A stretch of DNA of 64,000 nucleotides from an uncultured Acidobacteriota bacterium (GTDB taxonomy: Bacteria; Acidobacteriota; JAQAZP01). Every line of letters begins with the position of its first letter. The stretch's first letter is position 1. The notes below the pieces were generated by a model. That model was not told the origin of the DNA. It saw nothing but the letters and a program-made list of their open reading frames with translations, and made no database searches. The stretch is taken from assembly GCA_963836075.1 (NCBI GenBank), contig CAWIIB010000009.1, positions 3,330,442-3,394,441 of the forward strand. Direction: 5' to 3'. This document shows positions 18,679 to 27,342 of the stretch, in pieces. The position numbers were made by a program, and so were the translations under genes.

Positions 18679-21405
18679 TCATTCGGCCCGGACGCCGGCG
18701 ATATTGCCCCCGTAGGTCATCCAGTCATTGTAGGCAAGGAAGCTGTGGTCGGCGATATAATCGACCCTGCTCTCCCGGACTTTATACGAATGGAGATAGG
18801 CCTTTGCCTCAGGGTCCGGGCCCTGCAGGGTAAGGATTTCATCCACGCCGTCCTGGTCCGCATCCCCGGCCGAGACTTTGGCGCCATACCAGGTGCCATA
18901 GTAAGGAAAGGCGATGAAATTGACGTTGCCCATCAGGGTCAGGTTGCCACCGTCAAAGTTCCACCCCCGGATGTGACCGGAGAACGAGGGCCCCGGGCCC
19001 GGGGCGGTGAGGATCTCGTCGATCCCGTCGCCGTCGATATCGCCGGCCGCCACTTCCACCCCGAAACGGGGTGTGTTGTAGGCGAAGAAGTTGACCCCCG
19101 GGATCGGGGTGGTGCTGCCGCCGTCGTCGTGGTTCCAGCCCCGCACGTGGGCGCCGAACACCGGCCCGGGCCCGGCCCCGGTGATGATCTCATCGAAACC
19201 GTCGCCGTCGATATCGCCGGTGGCCACTTTCACCCCGAATCGGGGCGTGTTGTAGGCGAAGAAGTTGACCCCCGGGATGGGGAGAACGGTGCCGCTGCCG
19301 TCATGGTTCCAGCCCCGCACGTGGGCGCCGAACACCGGACCGGGTCCGGCGCCGGTGATGATCTCATCCTTCCCGTCGCCGTCGATGTCGCCGGCCGCCA
19401 CGTTGACCCCGTGGCGGTGCGTGCCGTAGGCCATGAAACTGCCCCCGGTCACGGGGGTGCCGCTCATCGACCAGCAGCGGACGTGGGGGCCGAAGATCTG
19501 GCCCGGGCCAGGCCCGGTGATCACTTCGGATGCTCCATCACCATGGAGGTCTCCGCAGGCCACGTTGACGCCATAACCCGGGACGCCGTAGGCCAGCCAC
19601 TGGGCTGCGGGGGTGCGGACCAGCGGCGGGTTGTACCTGCCGGGGCCGGGGCCGGTGACCATGTTGACCATTCCCTCATCCGCTTCCCATGGATAAACGA
19701 ATATGGTGCGCACGGCGGGGGTGTTGTCGATCCGTCCCTCGAGATCCCGGGTCCGGACGGAGAAGGTATGGGCTCCTTCGGTGAGGCCCTGGAGCACGGC
19801 ATGCTGGACGGTGCTGAACGGGCTCCAGCTATCCGAGTCGACCTTCCAGGAGTATTGCAGTCCTTCGGCGGAGCCATGATGGTTGCGACCCGAAAACGCG
19901 AAAGTGAACATGGGTGAATCCACACCCCACTCCGGACCGGACGTGATCGTGGTGTCCGGATCGCGCACGGTGACGAAGTGGTGCCAGCCCATGTCGGCGA
20001 CGCCGGTATCGTCCAGGCCGTCGGTGCGGGTGCTGCCGATGACCCGGGCGTCGGAAAAGTCGCCCGAGTCGACACAGGGGCTCTGCACGGCCTGCCCGGA
20101 CGTGAACTGGCTCAGGTAGTGGTCGCCGCCCGGCCCGGCGGCGAACTCGGGATCGCCGGTGATCATCCCCTCCCCCCAGATGAATGTCACGTCATCGTCC
20201 ACTACGCAGGAGCCCGTACCGCCCTCCACGTCGCAGTGGCTGAATTTGATTGTGCACGGATAGGAGCTGGTGTAATTGCAGACGTAGAGTTCCGGGCCTT
20301 GCCATCCCGCCTCGTCATTCCAGAGTATCGAATTGACAATGACCAGGCTGTCCGCCTGCCCGGGGGATGGACCGTGAAATGACCTGTTGAAGTAGATCCC
20401 GCCGCCCTCGCCGGCGCTGTTCCCGTAGAATGTACTGCTGTTGATGGTGTGATTGCCGCCCCACTCGAAGGCGATCCCGCCGCCGCTCCCGGCATGGTTC
20501 TGCACAAAGATGTTGTTCACCAGGAAGGAGCTTCCACCGATCAAGTAAATTCCGCCGCCCAGGTCCGCGTCGTTCCAGCGAAATACGTTTTTCGAAATCT
20601 CCCCCGGCTTGCTACTGAAACAGCAGATAGCACCGCCACGGCTGGGGGCTTCCATGTACCCTCCGGCTTCATTGCCGATGAAGGTGTTCTCCACGATGGT
20701 GGGGATAGAATCATTTCCACAGAAGATTCCGCCGCCCCCATAACCGTAAGTCGTACTGCCAGTGACATTGTGTGAGATGGTGTTCAGGGCGATGCGTGGA
20801 CTGCTGCCTTCGCTGCAATAGATGCCTCCACCGTCGTGAGCCCGGTTCCCGGTGATGATGTTGCCCACGATGGTGGGGGAGGCGCCGTTACCACAAACGA
20901 TCGCTCCACCCACAGTGGCCCGGTTGCCGGTGAGAATGTTGTAGGCGATTCGCGGTGAACTGTTTTGACAGAGGATGGCGCCGCCGCCAAAAGTAGTCCC
21001 GTAGCCATTGCGGATAGTGAACCCCTGCACAACCGATTTCTCGGACTCCCCACTTTGAAAGATGAACCCGCGGTGAGCGGTGGGACTGTCGACACGGCCG
21101 CAATCGATGATGCAGAAGTGGGTCTCGCCAGCCGACTTGACGGTGATCGCCTTGCCGTGGAAATCGATATCCCTGTTGCCGTCACCTGTGTACAGACCGT
21201 TGGCCACCAGCACCGTGTCGCCGTCAGCGGCGGCGTCGATCCCCGCCTGGATCGTGGGCTGGTCGGCCGGCACATGGATCGCGGCCGCCATGACCGATGC
21301 CGCCGGTATGGTGATGAGGATGAAGAAAACGAGAGCGAGTGCGGTGGAAAGCGGTGCGCGGTTGTGGGGATTCGATGCCGATTGACCGATCATGATGGCC
21401 TCCAT
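18679..21405 (-). CDS. secreted right-handed beta-helix repeat protein with C-terminal FG-GAP-like repeats
   Basis: Signal peptide; parallel beta-helix repeats (...GGAILCQNSSPRIAYNILTGNRATVGGAIVCGNGASPTIVGNIITGNRA...); C-terminal ...VAAGDIDGDGKDEIITGAGPGPVFGAHVRGWN... repeats. Confidence 0.6.
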   Translation of the reverse strand: MEAIMIGQSASNPHNRAPLSTALALVFFILITIPAASVMAAAIHVPADQPTIQAGIDAAADGDTVLVANGLYTGDGNRDIDFHGKAITVKSAGETHFCIIDCGRVDSPTAHRGFIFQSGESEKSVVQGFTIRNGYGTTFGGGAILCQNSSPRIAYNILTGNRATVGGAIVCGNGASPTIVGNIITGNRAHDGGGIYCSEGSSPRIALNTISHNVTGSTTYGYGGGGIFCGNDSIPTIVENTFIGNEAGGYMEAPSRGGAICCFSSKPGEISKNVFRWNDADLGGGIYLIGGSSFLVNNIFVQNHAGSGGGIAFEWGGNHTINSSTFYGNSAGEGGGIYFNRSFHGPSPGQADSLVIVNSILWNDEAGWQGPELYVCNYTSSYPCTIKFSHCDVEGGTGSCVVDDDVTFIWGEGMITGDPEFAAGPGGDHYLSQFTSGQAVQSPCVDSGDFSDARVIGSTRTDGLDDTGVADMGWHHFVTVRDPDTTITSGPEWGVDSPMFTFAFSGRNHHGSAEGLQYSWKVDSDSWSPFSTVQHAVLQGLTEGAHTFSVRTRDLEGRIDNTPAVRTIFVYPWEADEGMVNMVTGPGPGRYNPPLVRTPAAQWLAYGVPGYGVNVACGDLHGDGASEVITGPGPGQIFGPHVRCWSMSGTPVTGGSFMAYGTHRHGVNVAAGDIDGDGKDEIITGAGPGPVFGAHVRGWNHDGSGTVLPIPGVNFFAYNTPRFGVKVATGDIDGDGFDEIITGAGPGPVFGAHVRGWNHDDGGSTTPIPGVNFFAYNTPRFGVEVAAGDIDGDGIDEILTAPGPGPSFSGHIRGWNFDGGNLTLMGNVNFIAFPYYGTWYGAKVSAGDADQDGVDEILTLQGPDPEAKAYLHSYKVRESRVDYIADHSFLAYNDWMTYGGNIAGVRAE

Positions 21406-21435
21406 GGCATTTGGTCGATATGAAGAAGTTGGTTT

Positions 21436-21465
21436 CTTATAAGATCATAGGTGAATATAGGTCAA
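21436..21465 (-). promoter_or_regulatory. candidate sigma70-type promoter for 18679..21405
   Basis: On minus strand TTGACC - 18 nt - TATAAG, about 30 nt upstream of the start codon. Confidence 0.3.
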
Positions 21466-21499
21466 TCAATCCTGATTTTCCACAAGAATACAGGACGGA

Positions 21500-21973
21500 T
21501 CAGGACGACCCGCCTCGTCCGGGACCCTGGCCGTGACGCGTTCGGCCCTGGCCACCCTGCCAGTGGCCCTGGTTGTTCCATAGCGGAATCTGGTGCAGGG
21601 ACCGGAGGCGCACCATCAGTCCCCGGGACGTGTTGAGGACCTTGTGGGCCTTGCCGGGCCCCTCATCTCCGACAAAGTACTTGACCTTCAGCTGGTCCCC
21701 CGGCTCGACGGAGAATCCGATGTCATCCATCGCTTGCGGCGGGGCGAGGAGAATGGTCACCGGGTGATCTTTGTCACCTTTCGGGGCGAGGCTTACCTGC
21801 ACCACTTCGATACCGCCCTCACCGGCAATGCGGCTGACCGTCAGCACTTCGCCCTCCACGGTCTTCAGCGAGGAGCGGGGGGCAGGCCCGTCCGACCCCT
21901 CTGCCGAGACGGCCAGGCCCAGCAGCAGGCCGCAGCAGAGAAGGAGCAGACTGTAGTGGCGGAACAGCCTCAC
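21500..21973 (-). CDS. small secreted protein with Gly/His/Gln-rich C-terminal tail
   Basis: GTG start with RBS GGGAGGAG; GTGA overlap with upstream gene stop; signal peptide RLFRHYSLLLLCCGLLLGLAVSA; tail ...HWQGGQGRTRHGQGPGRGG. Confidence 0.5.
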   Translation of the reverse strand: MRLFRHYSLLLLCCGLLLGLAVSAEGSDGPAPRSSLKTVEGEVLTVSRIAGEGGIEVVQVSLAPKGDKDHPVTILLAPPQAMDDIGFSVEPGDQLKVKYFVGDEGPGKAHKVLNTSRGLMVRLRSLHQIPLWNNQGHWQGGQGRTRHGQGPGRGGSS

Positions 21974-22947
21974 AGGACGTCTCCTCCCAACCAGAGCCGG
22001 CCCGGCGTGTGGCGGCCCACGGAGATCCCGATGGCCAGCGAGACGTCCGGCGACGCGTTCCCCAGGCCCACCAGCACCCGGCCATACCAGCGGTAGCGGC
22101 CGGTGGTCCGCACGGATGCGCCGAAGTTGAACACCTCGCCCGTGTCCTCCACGGCTTCCTGTGCCGCGCTGATCCAGCCGGCAAGTATCACCCGGTCGGA
22201 GGCCAGCGGGTCGCTCTCCATCCCCACGTTGAGATCCAGCACGTCGTTCAGTTCGCCCCACGAGGGATCGCCCAGCCAGTTCCAGCCGATCCGGCCGTAG
22301 AGTGTGGATGACCAGAAGCGGTAGCCGCTCCAGAAACCGATCCGGTAGTCGGTCTCACCGGTGCCCATGCCATTGTCGGCGTCGGCTGTGGGGAGTTTAA
22401 CTTCCAGTTCGGCATCCAGGCGAAAAACTTTCACGCCGCCGCCCACCAGGCGCCGGGAGAGGGCTACGAGGATGTCCCCGATACCGTTGGCCGTTTCGTC
22501 ATAATGTGAAATATCGCCTTCACCCCCGTCGCCACCTCCGCCTCCGCCTCCGCCACCACCGCCACCACCGCCACCACCGCCACCGCCACCGCCGCCGTCA
22601 CCACCGCCACCACCACTGCCACCACCACTGCCGCCACGCCGCCTTCTCTCGTTCTCCCCGCCCACCGGCATGGTTCCGGCGCCGGTGCGTACCACGCTGT
22701 AGGACGTGTCCATCACCAGGTAGGGCAGATTGACCCTCAGCTGCCAGGCATCGCCGAGAATGTACTGCAGGTTCGCGGCCCAGGTGTCCACCTTGTCGTC
22801 GGTGCCGTAGTCGCCGGTGGTCCAGGAGGTGATCAGGGTCCATTCGCCCACCGGTTCGGCCACTGCCGCGGTGGAGGTGAGCAGTGCGAGGGCGAGGAGC
22901 AGGGCCTGGACGAATCGGCAACAGCCGGCAGTTCTGTTCCACCTCAT
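21970..22947 (-). CDS. secreted / putative outer-membrane protein with ~35-residue poly-Gly tract
   Basis: Signal peptide MRWNRTAGCCRFVQALLLALALLTSTAAVA; internal GGSGGGSGGGGGDGGGGGG... tract; alternating beta-strand-like C-terminal half. Confidence 0.45.
   Translation of the reverse strand: MRWNRTAGCCRFVQALLLALALLTSTAAVAEPVGEWTLITSWTTGDYGTDDKVDTWAANLQYILGDAWQLRVNLPYLVMDTSYSVVRTGAGTMPVGGENERRRRGGSGGGSGGGGGDGGGGGGGGGGGGGGGGGGGGGGDGGEGDISHYDETANGIGDILVALSRRLVGGGVKVFRLDAELEVKLPTADADNGMGTGETDYRIGFWSGYRFWSSTLYGRIGWNWLGDPSWGELNDVLDLNVGMESDPLASDRVILAGWISAAQEAVEDTGEVFNFGASVRTTGRYRWYGRVLVGLGNASPDVSLAIGISVGRHTPGRLWLGGDVL
22528..22646. repeat. GCC/ACC trinucleotide simple-sequence repeat (encodes poly-Gly on minus strand)
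   Basis: Directly visible run gccacctccgcctccgcctccgccaccaccgccaccacc... across ~120 bp. Confidence 0.85.
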
Positions 22948-22950
22948 GGA

Positions 22951-24315
22951 TCAGCCTTTCATCCCGTATTTCGAGATCTTGTAGCGCAGGGCCCGTTCCG
23001 ATATCCCCAGCTTGCGGGCGGCGCGGGACTGCACGCCGCTGGCCGCGGCCAATGCCTCGGTGATGGCCGATTTCTCCATCGCCGCTACCCGGCCGGGCAG
23101 CGAGTCGTTCTCTTCGTCCTGCGGGGCGCCGTTCTCGTGGCGCGATCCCAGCACCGCCGGGGGAAGGTCGCCGGCGGTGATCTGGTTCCTGCGGGCCAGC
23201 ACCATGCCTCGTTGCACGGCGTTCTCCAGCTCGCGGACATTGCCCGGGAAATCGTAGGCGATCAGCAGGTCCATGGCCTCCCGGGAGATCGACGCGGCGG
23301 TGCCGTCTTCGCCGTGCTTGGACAGGAAGTGATCCACCAGCAGCGGAATGTCCGATTTGCGATTGCGCAGCGGCGGGATTTCAATATTCACCACGGCCAG
23401 CCGGTAGAAAAGGTCATCCCTGAAGTCGCCCTTTTCGATGGCCTCCGGCAGGTTGCGGTGGGTGGCGGCGATAACCCGCACATCCACCGGCACGGTGGTG
23501 TTGGATCCCACGCGCTCCAGGGATCTCTCCTGGAGCACCCGCAGCAGCTTGACCTGGACCTCTGCCGGCAGGTCCCCGATCTCGTCGAGGAAAATGGTGC
23601 CGCCGGAAGCAACCTCGAACCGCCCCTGCCGCTCGCGATCGGCCCCGGTGAACGCCCCCTTCTCGTGCCCGAAGAGCTCGCTCTCCAGCAACTGGCTGGA
23701 GAGGGCGCTGGCATTCACGGCCACGAACGGGCCGCCGGCCCGGGGGCCGGCCCCGTGAATCGCCCGGGCCACCAGTTCCTTTCCCGTGCCGCTTTCCCCC
23801 TGCACCAGCACCGAGACATCGGAGCGGGACACCCGGGAGATGAGGGAGAGCACCTCGCTCATCACCCCGCCGGCGGTGACGATGCCGGGCACCGACTCGA
23901 ACCTGGCCAGCCGCGCCTTGAGGTCAATGTTTTCCCGGTGCAGCCGGCGTGCATCCAGCAACCGTCGCACCAGGTGTTCCACCTCGTCCAGGTCCAGAGG
24001 TTTGAGCAGGTAGTCCGCCGCCCCCTGTTTGAGACAGGCCACCGCATCCTCCACCGTACCAAAGGCGGTGGCCAGGATCACGGCCACTTCGGGGTTGACC
24101 CGCTGGATTTCCTCCAGCAGATGGGTCCCGTCCATCCGCGGCATTCGGATGTCGCTGATACAGAGGTCCGGTGCCTGCCGCACCACGGCATCCAGTGCCT
24201 CCCGGCCGTCGCCGGCCTCGGTCACTTTGGCGCCGAGGTCGCGGAGAAAGCCTGCAAGTTCTTCGCGCTGGGAGCGGTCGTCGTCCACCACCAGAATGCG
24301 GGCATCGAGGTTCAT
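22951..24315 (-). CDS. sigma-54-dependent response regulator (NtrC family)
   Basis: Receiver domain (ILVVDDD...DLCISDIRMP), AAA+ sigma54-interaction domain (GESGTGKE, GAFTGA), C-terminal HTH. Confidence 0.9.
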   Translation of the reverse strand: MNLDARILVVDDDRSQREELAGFLRDLGAKVTEAGDGREALDAVVRQAPDLCISDIRMPRMDGTHLLEEIQRVNPEVAVILATAFGTVEDAVACLKQGAADYLLKPLDLDEVEHLVRRLLDARRLHRENIDLKARLARFESVPGIVTAGGVMSEVLSLISRVSRSDVSVLVQGESGTGKELVARAIHGAGPRAGGPFVAVNASALSSQLLESELFGHEKGAFTGADRERQGRFEVASGGTIFLDEIGDLPAEVQVKLLRVLQERSLERVGSNTTVPVDVRVIAATHRNLPEAIEKGDFRDDLFYRLAVVNIEIPPLRNRKSDIPLLVDHFLSKHGEDGTAASISREAMDLLIAYDFPGNVRELENAVQRGMVLARRNQITAGDLPPAVLGSRHENGAPQDEENDSLPGRVAAMEKSAITEALAAASGVQSRAARKLGISERALRYKISKYGMKG

Positions 24316-25943
24316 ACTGTTTCTCCGTCGCCGCCGGCGGGCAGCTTCAACCGGGCCAGCGCACCGCCATTTTTCCTGCTGCGCAGGGTCGCCGAACCGC
24401 CGTGTTCTTCAGCCACCCGCCGGACCAGGGCCAGACCCAGGCCAACACCGCCGGCCTGGTTGGTGACAAAGGCGTCAAACAGCTGCTCCGCCGTGGCGTC
24501 ATCCACCCCGGGGCCTTCATCCGACACGCCCACCTGGACGAACCCGTTCGCTGCCGTGGTCTCCACTCGAACCTCGCCGCCGGCCGGGCTGGCCTGGATC
24601 GCGTTGCGCACCAGGTTGATCAGCGAACGGCGGATCGACTCCGGGTCCACCGGGGCCGGACAGGGGGGGCCGGACAGGGTGAGGCGCACGCCGGTGGATT
24701 CGGCCTCGTCGGTGAGCAGCTCCACCACCTCACCGGAGATGACCCGGAGATCGGTCTGTTTCCTGGACCGGCCCACCGGGCTGGCCAGTTCGAGGAATTC
24801 GCGAAGAATCGCTTCCAGCCGTCCTATCTCGCCGCGGACCTTGGCCGCAAAACGACCCACATCGTCCTGCGGTGGGTGAGTCCGTCCGATACGCTGTGCG
24901 GCGAGGCTGATGGCGTTGAGCGGCGACCGCACCTCGTGAGCCAGGCCGGCGGTGAGGGCGCCGGCGGCCGCCAGCCGCTCACTGCGCCTCCGTGCCGTCT
25001 CCACCTCGGCCAGACGCCGGGCCGCCGCTTCACGCTCCACGGCGCGACTTCTGGTGAGCAGGGCGATGAAGACCAGGGCCAGACTGAACACGGAGAGCAC
25101 GATGCCCACCATGGCCGTCCGGCGCACCGCGGATGCCGAAGCCGCGGCCAGGGGCCGCCCGTCCATCCCCACCCGCAGCGATGCCTGAAAACCGGCCGGT
25201 GCGCTCACCGGTACCACCACCTCGTACACTTCGCGGCCGCGCACCGTGCGACGGCCGTCACCTGCGTCCAGTCCCGGCGGGATCGGTTCGCCATCCCAGC
25301 TGGCCTCCAGCGGCTCCCCACCCGGGGAGACGGTGTAGCCGAGGTAGAGCACGCCTCCGGACCCGGCCAGCCGTTGGAGCAGGTTGGCCGCGCCGATGGT
25401 GCCGGAGAAGGCGAGGTTTGACCGTGCGTGCACCCTGACGATTACAGCGCCGCCGTCGACTGTCCGCACCACAGCAGCGATGTGTTCCACGCCGTCTTCC
25501 ATCTGTGGCCCGAGGATCATCTCGTCGGCCTTTCCCTCGATCACTTCAACCGCCTGCCGGCGCAGCGCATCGGGAACCGGTGCTCCCACGGATACGCTCT
25601 GGCTGCCCGCCCGGTCGAGGTGGACGATGGAGTCGAGGTCGTTCTGTTCTGCCAGGGCACCGGCTGCAGCAGCGGTGAGGCCGCCGGATTGCTGCAGGAC
25701 GGCGAGAATCCGTGTGTTTTCAAGAACCTTGGCCGTGGAGGTCTCCTCGATCTCCCGGGCCGCGGTGGAAGCCGCTTCGAGGCCCGGACCGAGGGTGCGG
25801 GCGAGGAGAGTGGCCTGGGCGGCCAGCACCTCGGCGGTTTCCCGCCGCTGGTTACGCCCTTCGTGGATCGCCCATGCGGCCAGTGCCATGGCGAGCACCA
25901 GCAGCGGAATCATGGTCGTCAGTGTTCGGAGCCTTCTCAACAT
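24312..25943 (-). CDS. sensor histidine kinase
   Basis: N-terminal TM segment, periplasmic region, second TM; H-box ...LAHEVRSPLNAI...; HATPase_c region; ATGA overlap with regulator gene. Confidence 0.8.
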   Translation of the reverse strand: MLRRLRTLTTMIPLLVLAMALAAWAIHEGRNQRRETAEVLAAQATLLARTLGPGLEAASTAAREIEETSTAKVLENTRILAVLQQSGGLTAAAAGALAEQNDLDSIVHLDRAGSQSVSVGAPVPDALRRQAVEVIEGKADEMILGPQMEDGVEHIAAVVRTVDGGAVIVRVHARSNLAFSGTIGAANLLQRLAGSGGVLYLGYTVSPGGEPLEASWDGEPIPPGLDAGDGRRTVRGREVYEVVVPVSAPAGFQASLRVGMDGRPLAAASASAVRRTAMVGIVLSVFSLALVFIALLTRSRAVEREAAARRLAEVETARRRSERLAAAGALTAGLAHEVRSPLNAISLAAQRIGRTHPPQDDVGRFAAKVRGEIGRLEAILREFLELASPVGRSRKQTDLRVISGEVVELLTDEAESTGVRLTLSGPPCPAPVDPESIRRSLINLVRNAIQASPAGGEVRVETTAANGFVQVGVSDEGPGVDDATAEQLFDAFVTNQAGGVGLGLALVRRVAEEHGGSATLRSRKNGGALARLKLPAGGDGETV

Positions 25944-25971
25944 GCGCCTATTTTACGCCGTAAAGCCCCGT

Positions 25972-26487
25972 TTAGCGACCGCCTCCGCAACTTCCGCCGC
26001 CGCCACCGCCGCCGCCGCGGGAGCCGCCATTGCCGCCTCGTTGACCGCTGCCGCTGCCGGTCCCGGGGCATTTCGGGTTCTGGATGCCGTCTCCGGGTAT
26101 TCCGCCGCAGGAGCCATCCCGGGTACGGGTCCTGGTCCACTGCTGGTTCATCTCACCGGTCCCGTTGCGGAACTTATACGAGGCACCGGTACGCCGGACT
26201 CTCATCCCCCGGGCCAGGGGAATACCGTCTTTCTCCATTCCGTCCAGCAGGTCGAGGCGCACCTGGTCACCGTCCAGCACCAGGCCGCGGCAGGTGCCGG
26301 CCTCGCCCAACCGGACCTGCATCCGCTGGCCTCCGGTGGTGAGGATGGTCAACTGGTCGAACCCCTGGGCGTCGGTCAATTCCACGACCCTGCCCTGGAT
26401 GCTGGGCGCCTGACTGTCACCCGCCATGGCGGTCGCCGCGCAGATGGCAAGTGTCAGGATCCACAATGCTGCGGTTCTCGTTTTCAT
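25972..26487 (-). CDS. small secreted protein with Gly-rich C-terminal tail
   Basis: RBS GAGGGAGGGAG; signal peptide MKTRTAALWILTLAICAATAMA; tail ...GSGSGQRGGNGGSRGGGGGGGGSCGGGR. Confidence 0.5.
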   Translation of the reverse strand: MKTRTAALWILTLAICAATAMAGDSQAPSIQGRVVELTDAQGFDQLTILTTGGQRMQVRLGEAGTCRGLVLDGDQVRLDLLDGMEKDGIPLARGMRVRRTGASYKFRNGTGEMNQQWTRTRTRDGSCGGIPGDGIQNPKCPGTGSGSGQRGGNGGSRGGGGGGGGSCGGGR

Positions 26488-26513
26488 CTGCTCCCTCCCT
26501 CACCGGTTTTTGT

Positions 26514-26557
26514 GTAAAAAAATGGCGGTCATGCATCACCATCACACGACCGCCATT
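26514..26557 (-). terminator. Rho-independent terminator-like hairpin followed by U7
   Basis: Minus strand: TGGCGGTC - 17-nt loop - GACCGCCA then TTTTTTT, immediately downstream of 26580..27050. Confidence 0.5.
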
Positions 26558-26579
26558 CGGTTCCTGCTCGTCCCCTCAG

Positions 26580-27050
26580 TTAGCGGAGAGCGAGCGCAAA
26601 GTCCTGAACCAGGGTCTCACCCTCGGCGACGGTCACCGGAGTCAGTTCGGTGGGCAGGTAGCCGCAGGCGCAGGCGCGCATCAGGTAGTCAGCGGCATCG
26701 AGGTTTTCAATGACATAGACGCCGTTGGCATCGGTCTCGACCCGGGTGGCCATTCCCGCGCCGCCGCCGTGGTAACCGCCGCCAAAACCACCGCCACCGC
26801 CGCTGCCGGATCCGCCGCCGCTGCCCCAGCCGTGGTCGCCGCCGTGGAACTGCGAGCCGCCGCCGCCGCTGCAGCCGTCCGCCGGGCGGATGGTCACGAA
26901 GGCTCCTTCGATGGGCAGACCGGTGTCCGCGTCGGTCACCGTGCCGGTGACCGTGGCTGTCTGGGCCATGGCGGTGGCGCCGGTCAGGGCCACGGCCGCC
27001 ACAAAGATGAGGGCAGTCTTGATCAGCGATGATTTCGTGAGTTTGAACAT
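26580..27050 (-). CDS. secreted carboxypeptidase-regulatory-like domain protein with Gly/His-rich insert
   Basis: Signal peptide; ...TATVTGTVTDADTGLPIEGAFVTIRP... and ...TDANGVYVIENLDAADY... flanking a GGGGSQFHGGDHGWGSGGGSGSGGGGGFGGGYHGGGAG insert. Confidence 0.5.
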   Translation of the reverse strand: MFKLTKSSLIKTALIFVAAVALTGATAMAQTATVTGTVTDADTGLPIEGAFVTIRPADGCSGGGGSQFHGGDHGWGSGGGSGSGGGGGFGGGYHGGGAGMATRVETDANGVYVIENLDAADYLMRACACGYLPTELTPVTVAEGETLVQDFALALR

Positions 27051-27300
27051 CTTCTCTCCTTTTAGCAGTTCACATGAATCCTTAAAATGATGAAAACCTT
27101 CTGATTGAGGCCCGATTCAAATCCTCCTTTCCCCCTGGTTTCAAACCGTGGTGGTATGGGCAACCCGTCAAATCGATCTCTGCAGTTGGTGTCGAGCCAT
27201 TCGTGATGACCGTGACACCAGATTCATGGAGCAAGAACCGTACCAGACGAAAACAAAGGACTTACGGGCGGGAATTCGACATTTCGGGCGGATGGCCGGG

Positions 27301-27330
27301 CCCCGGTTCGACGAAATTGTCGAACCGGGG
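27301..27330 (-). terminator. hairpin (12-bp perfect stem, 6-nt loop) downstream of 27343..28611
   Basis: CCCCGGTTCGAC-gaaatt-GTCGAACCGGGG, 12 nt from the stop codon; no clear U-tract. Confidence 0.3.
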
Positions 27331-27342
27331 CTGGGGAGAAGC

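Noticed and set aside
21500-22261. Longer 253-aa version of the small secreted protein ORF
   Set aside because: Would overlap the upstream gene by ~290 nt; a GTG at 21973 with RBS GGGAGGAG and an immediately following signal peptide is the more plausible start.
22500-22650. Possible CRISPR or other repeat array at the GCC/ACC repeats
   Set aside because: Simple in-frame trinucleotide repeat encoding poly-Gly, with no repeat-spacer structure; no CRISPR array elsewhere in the window.
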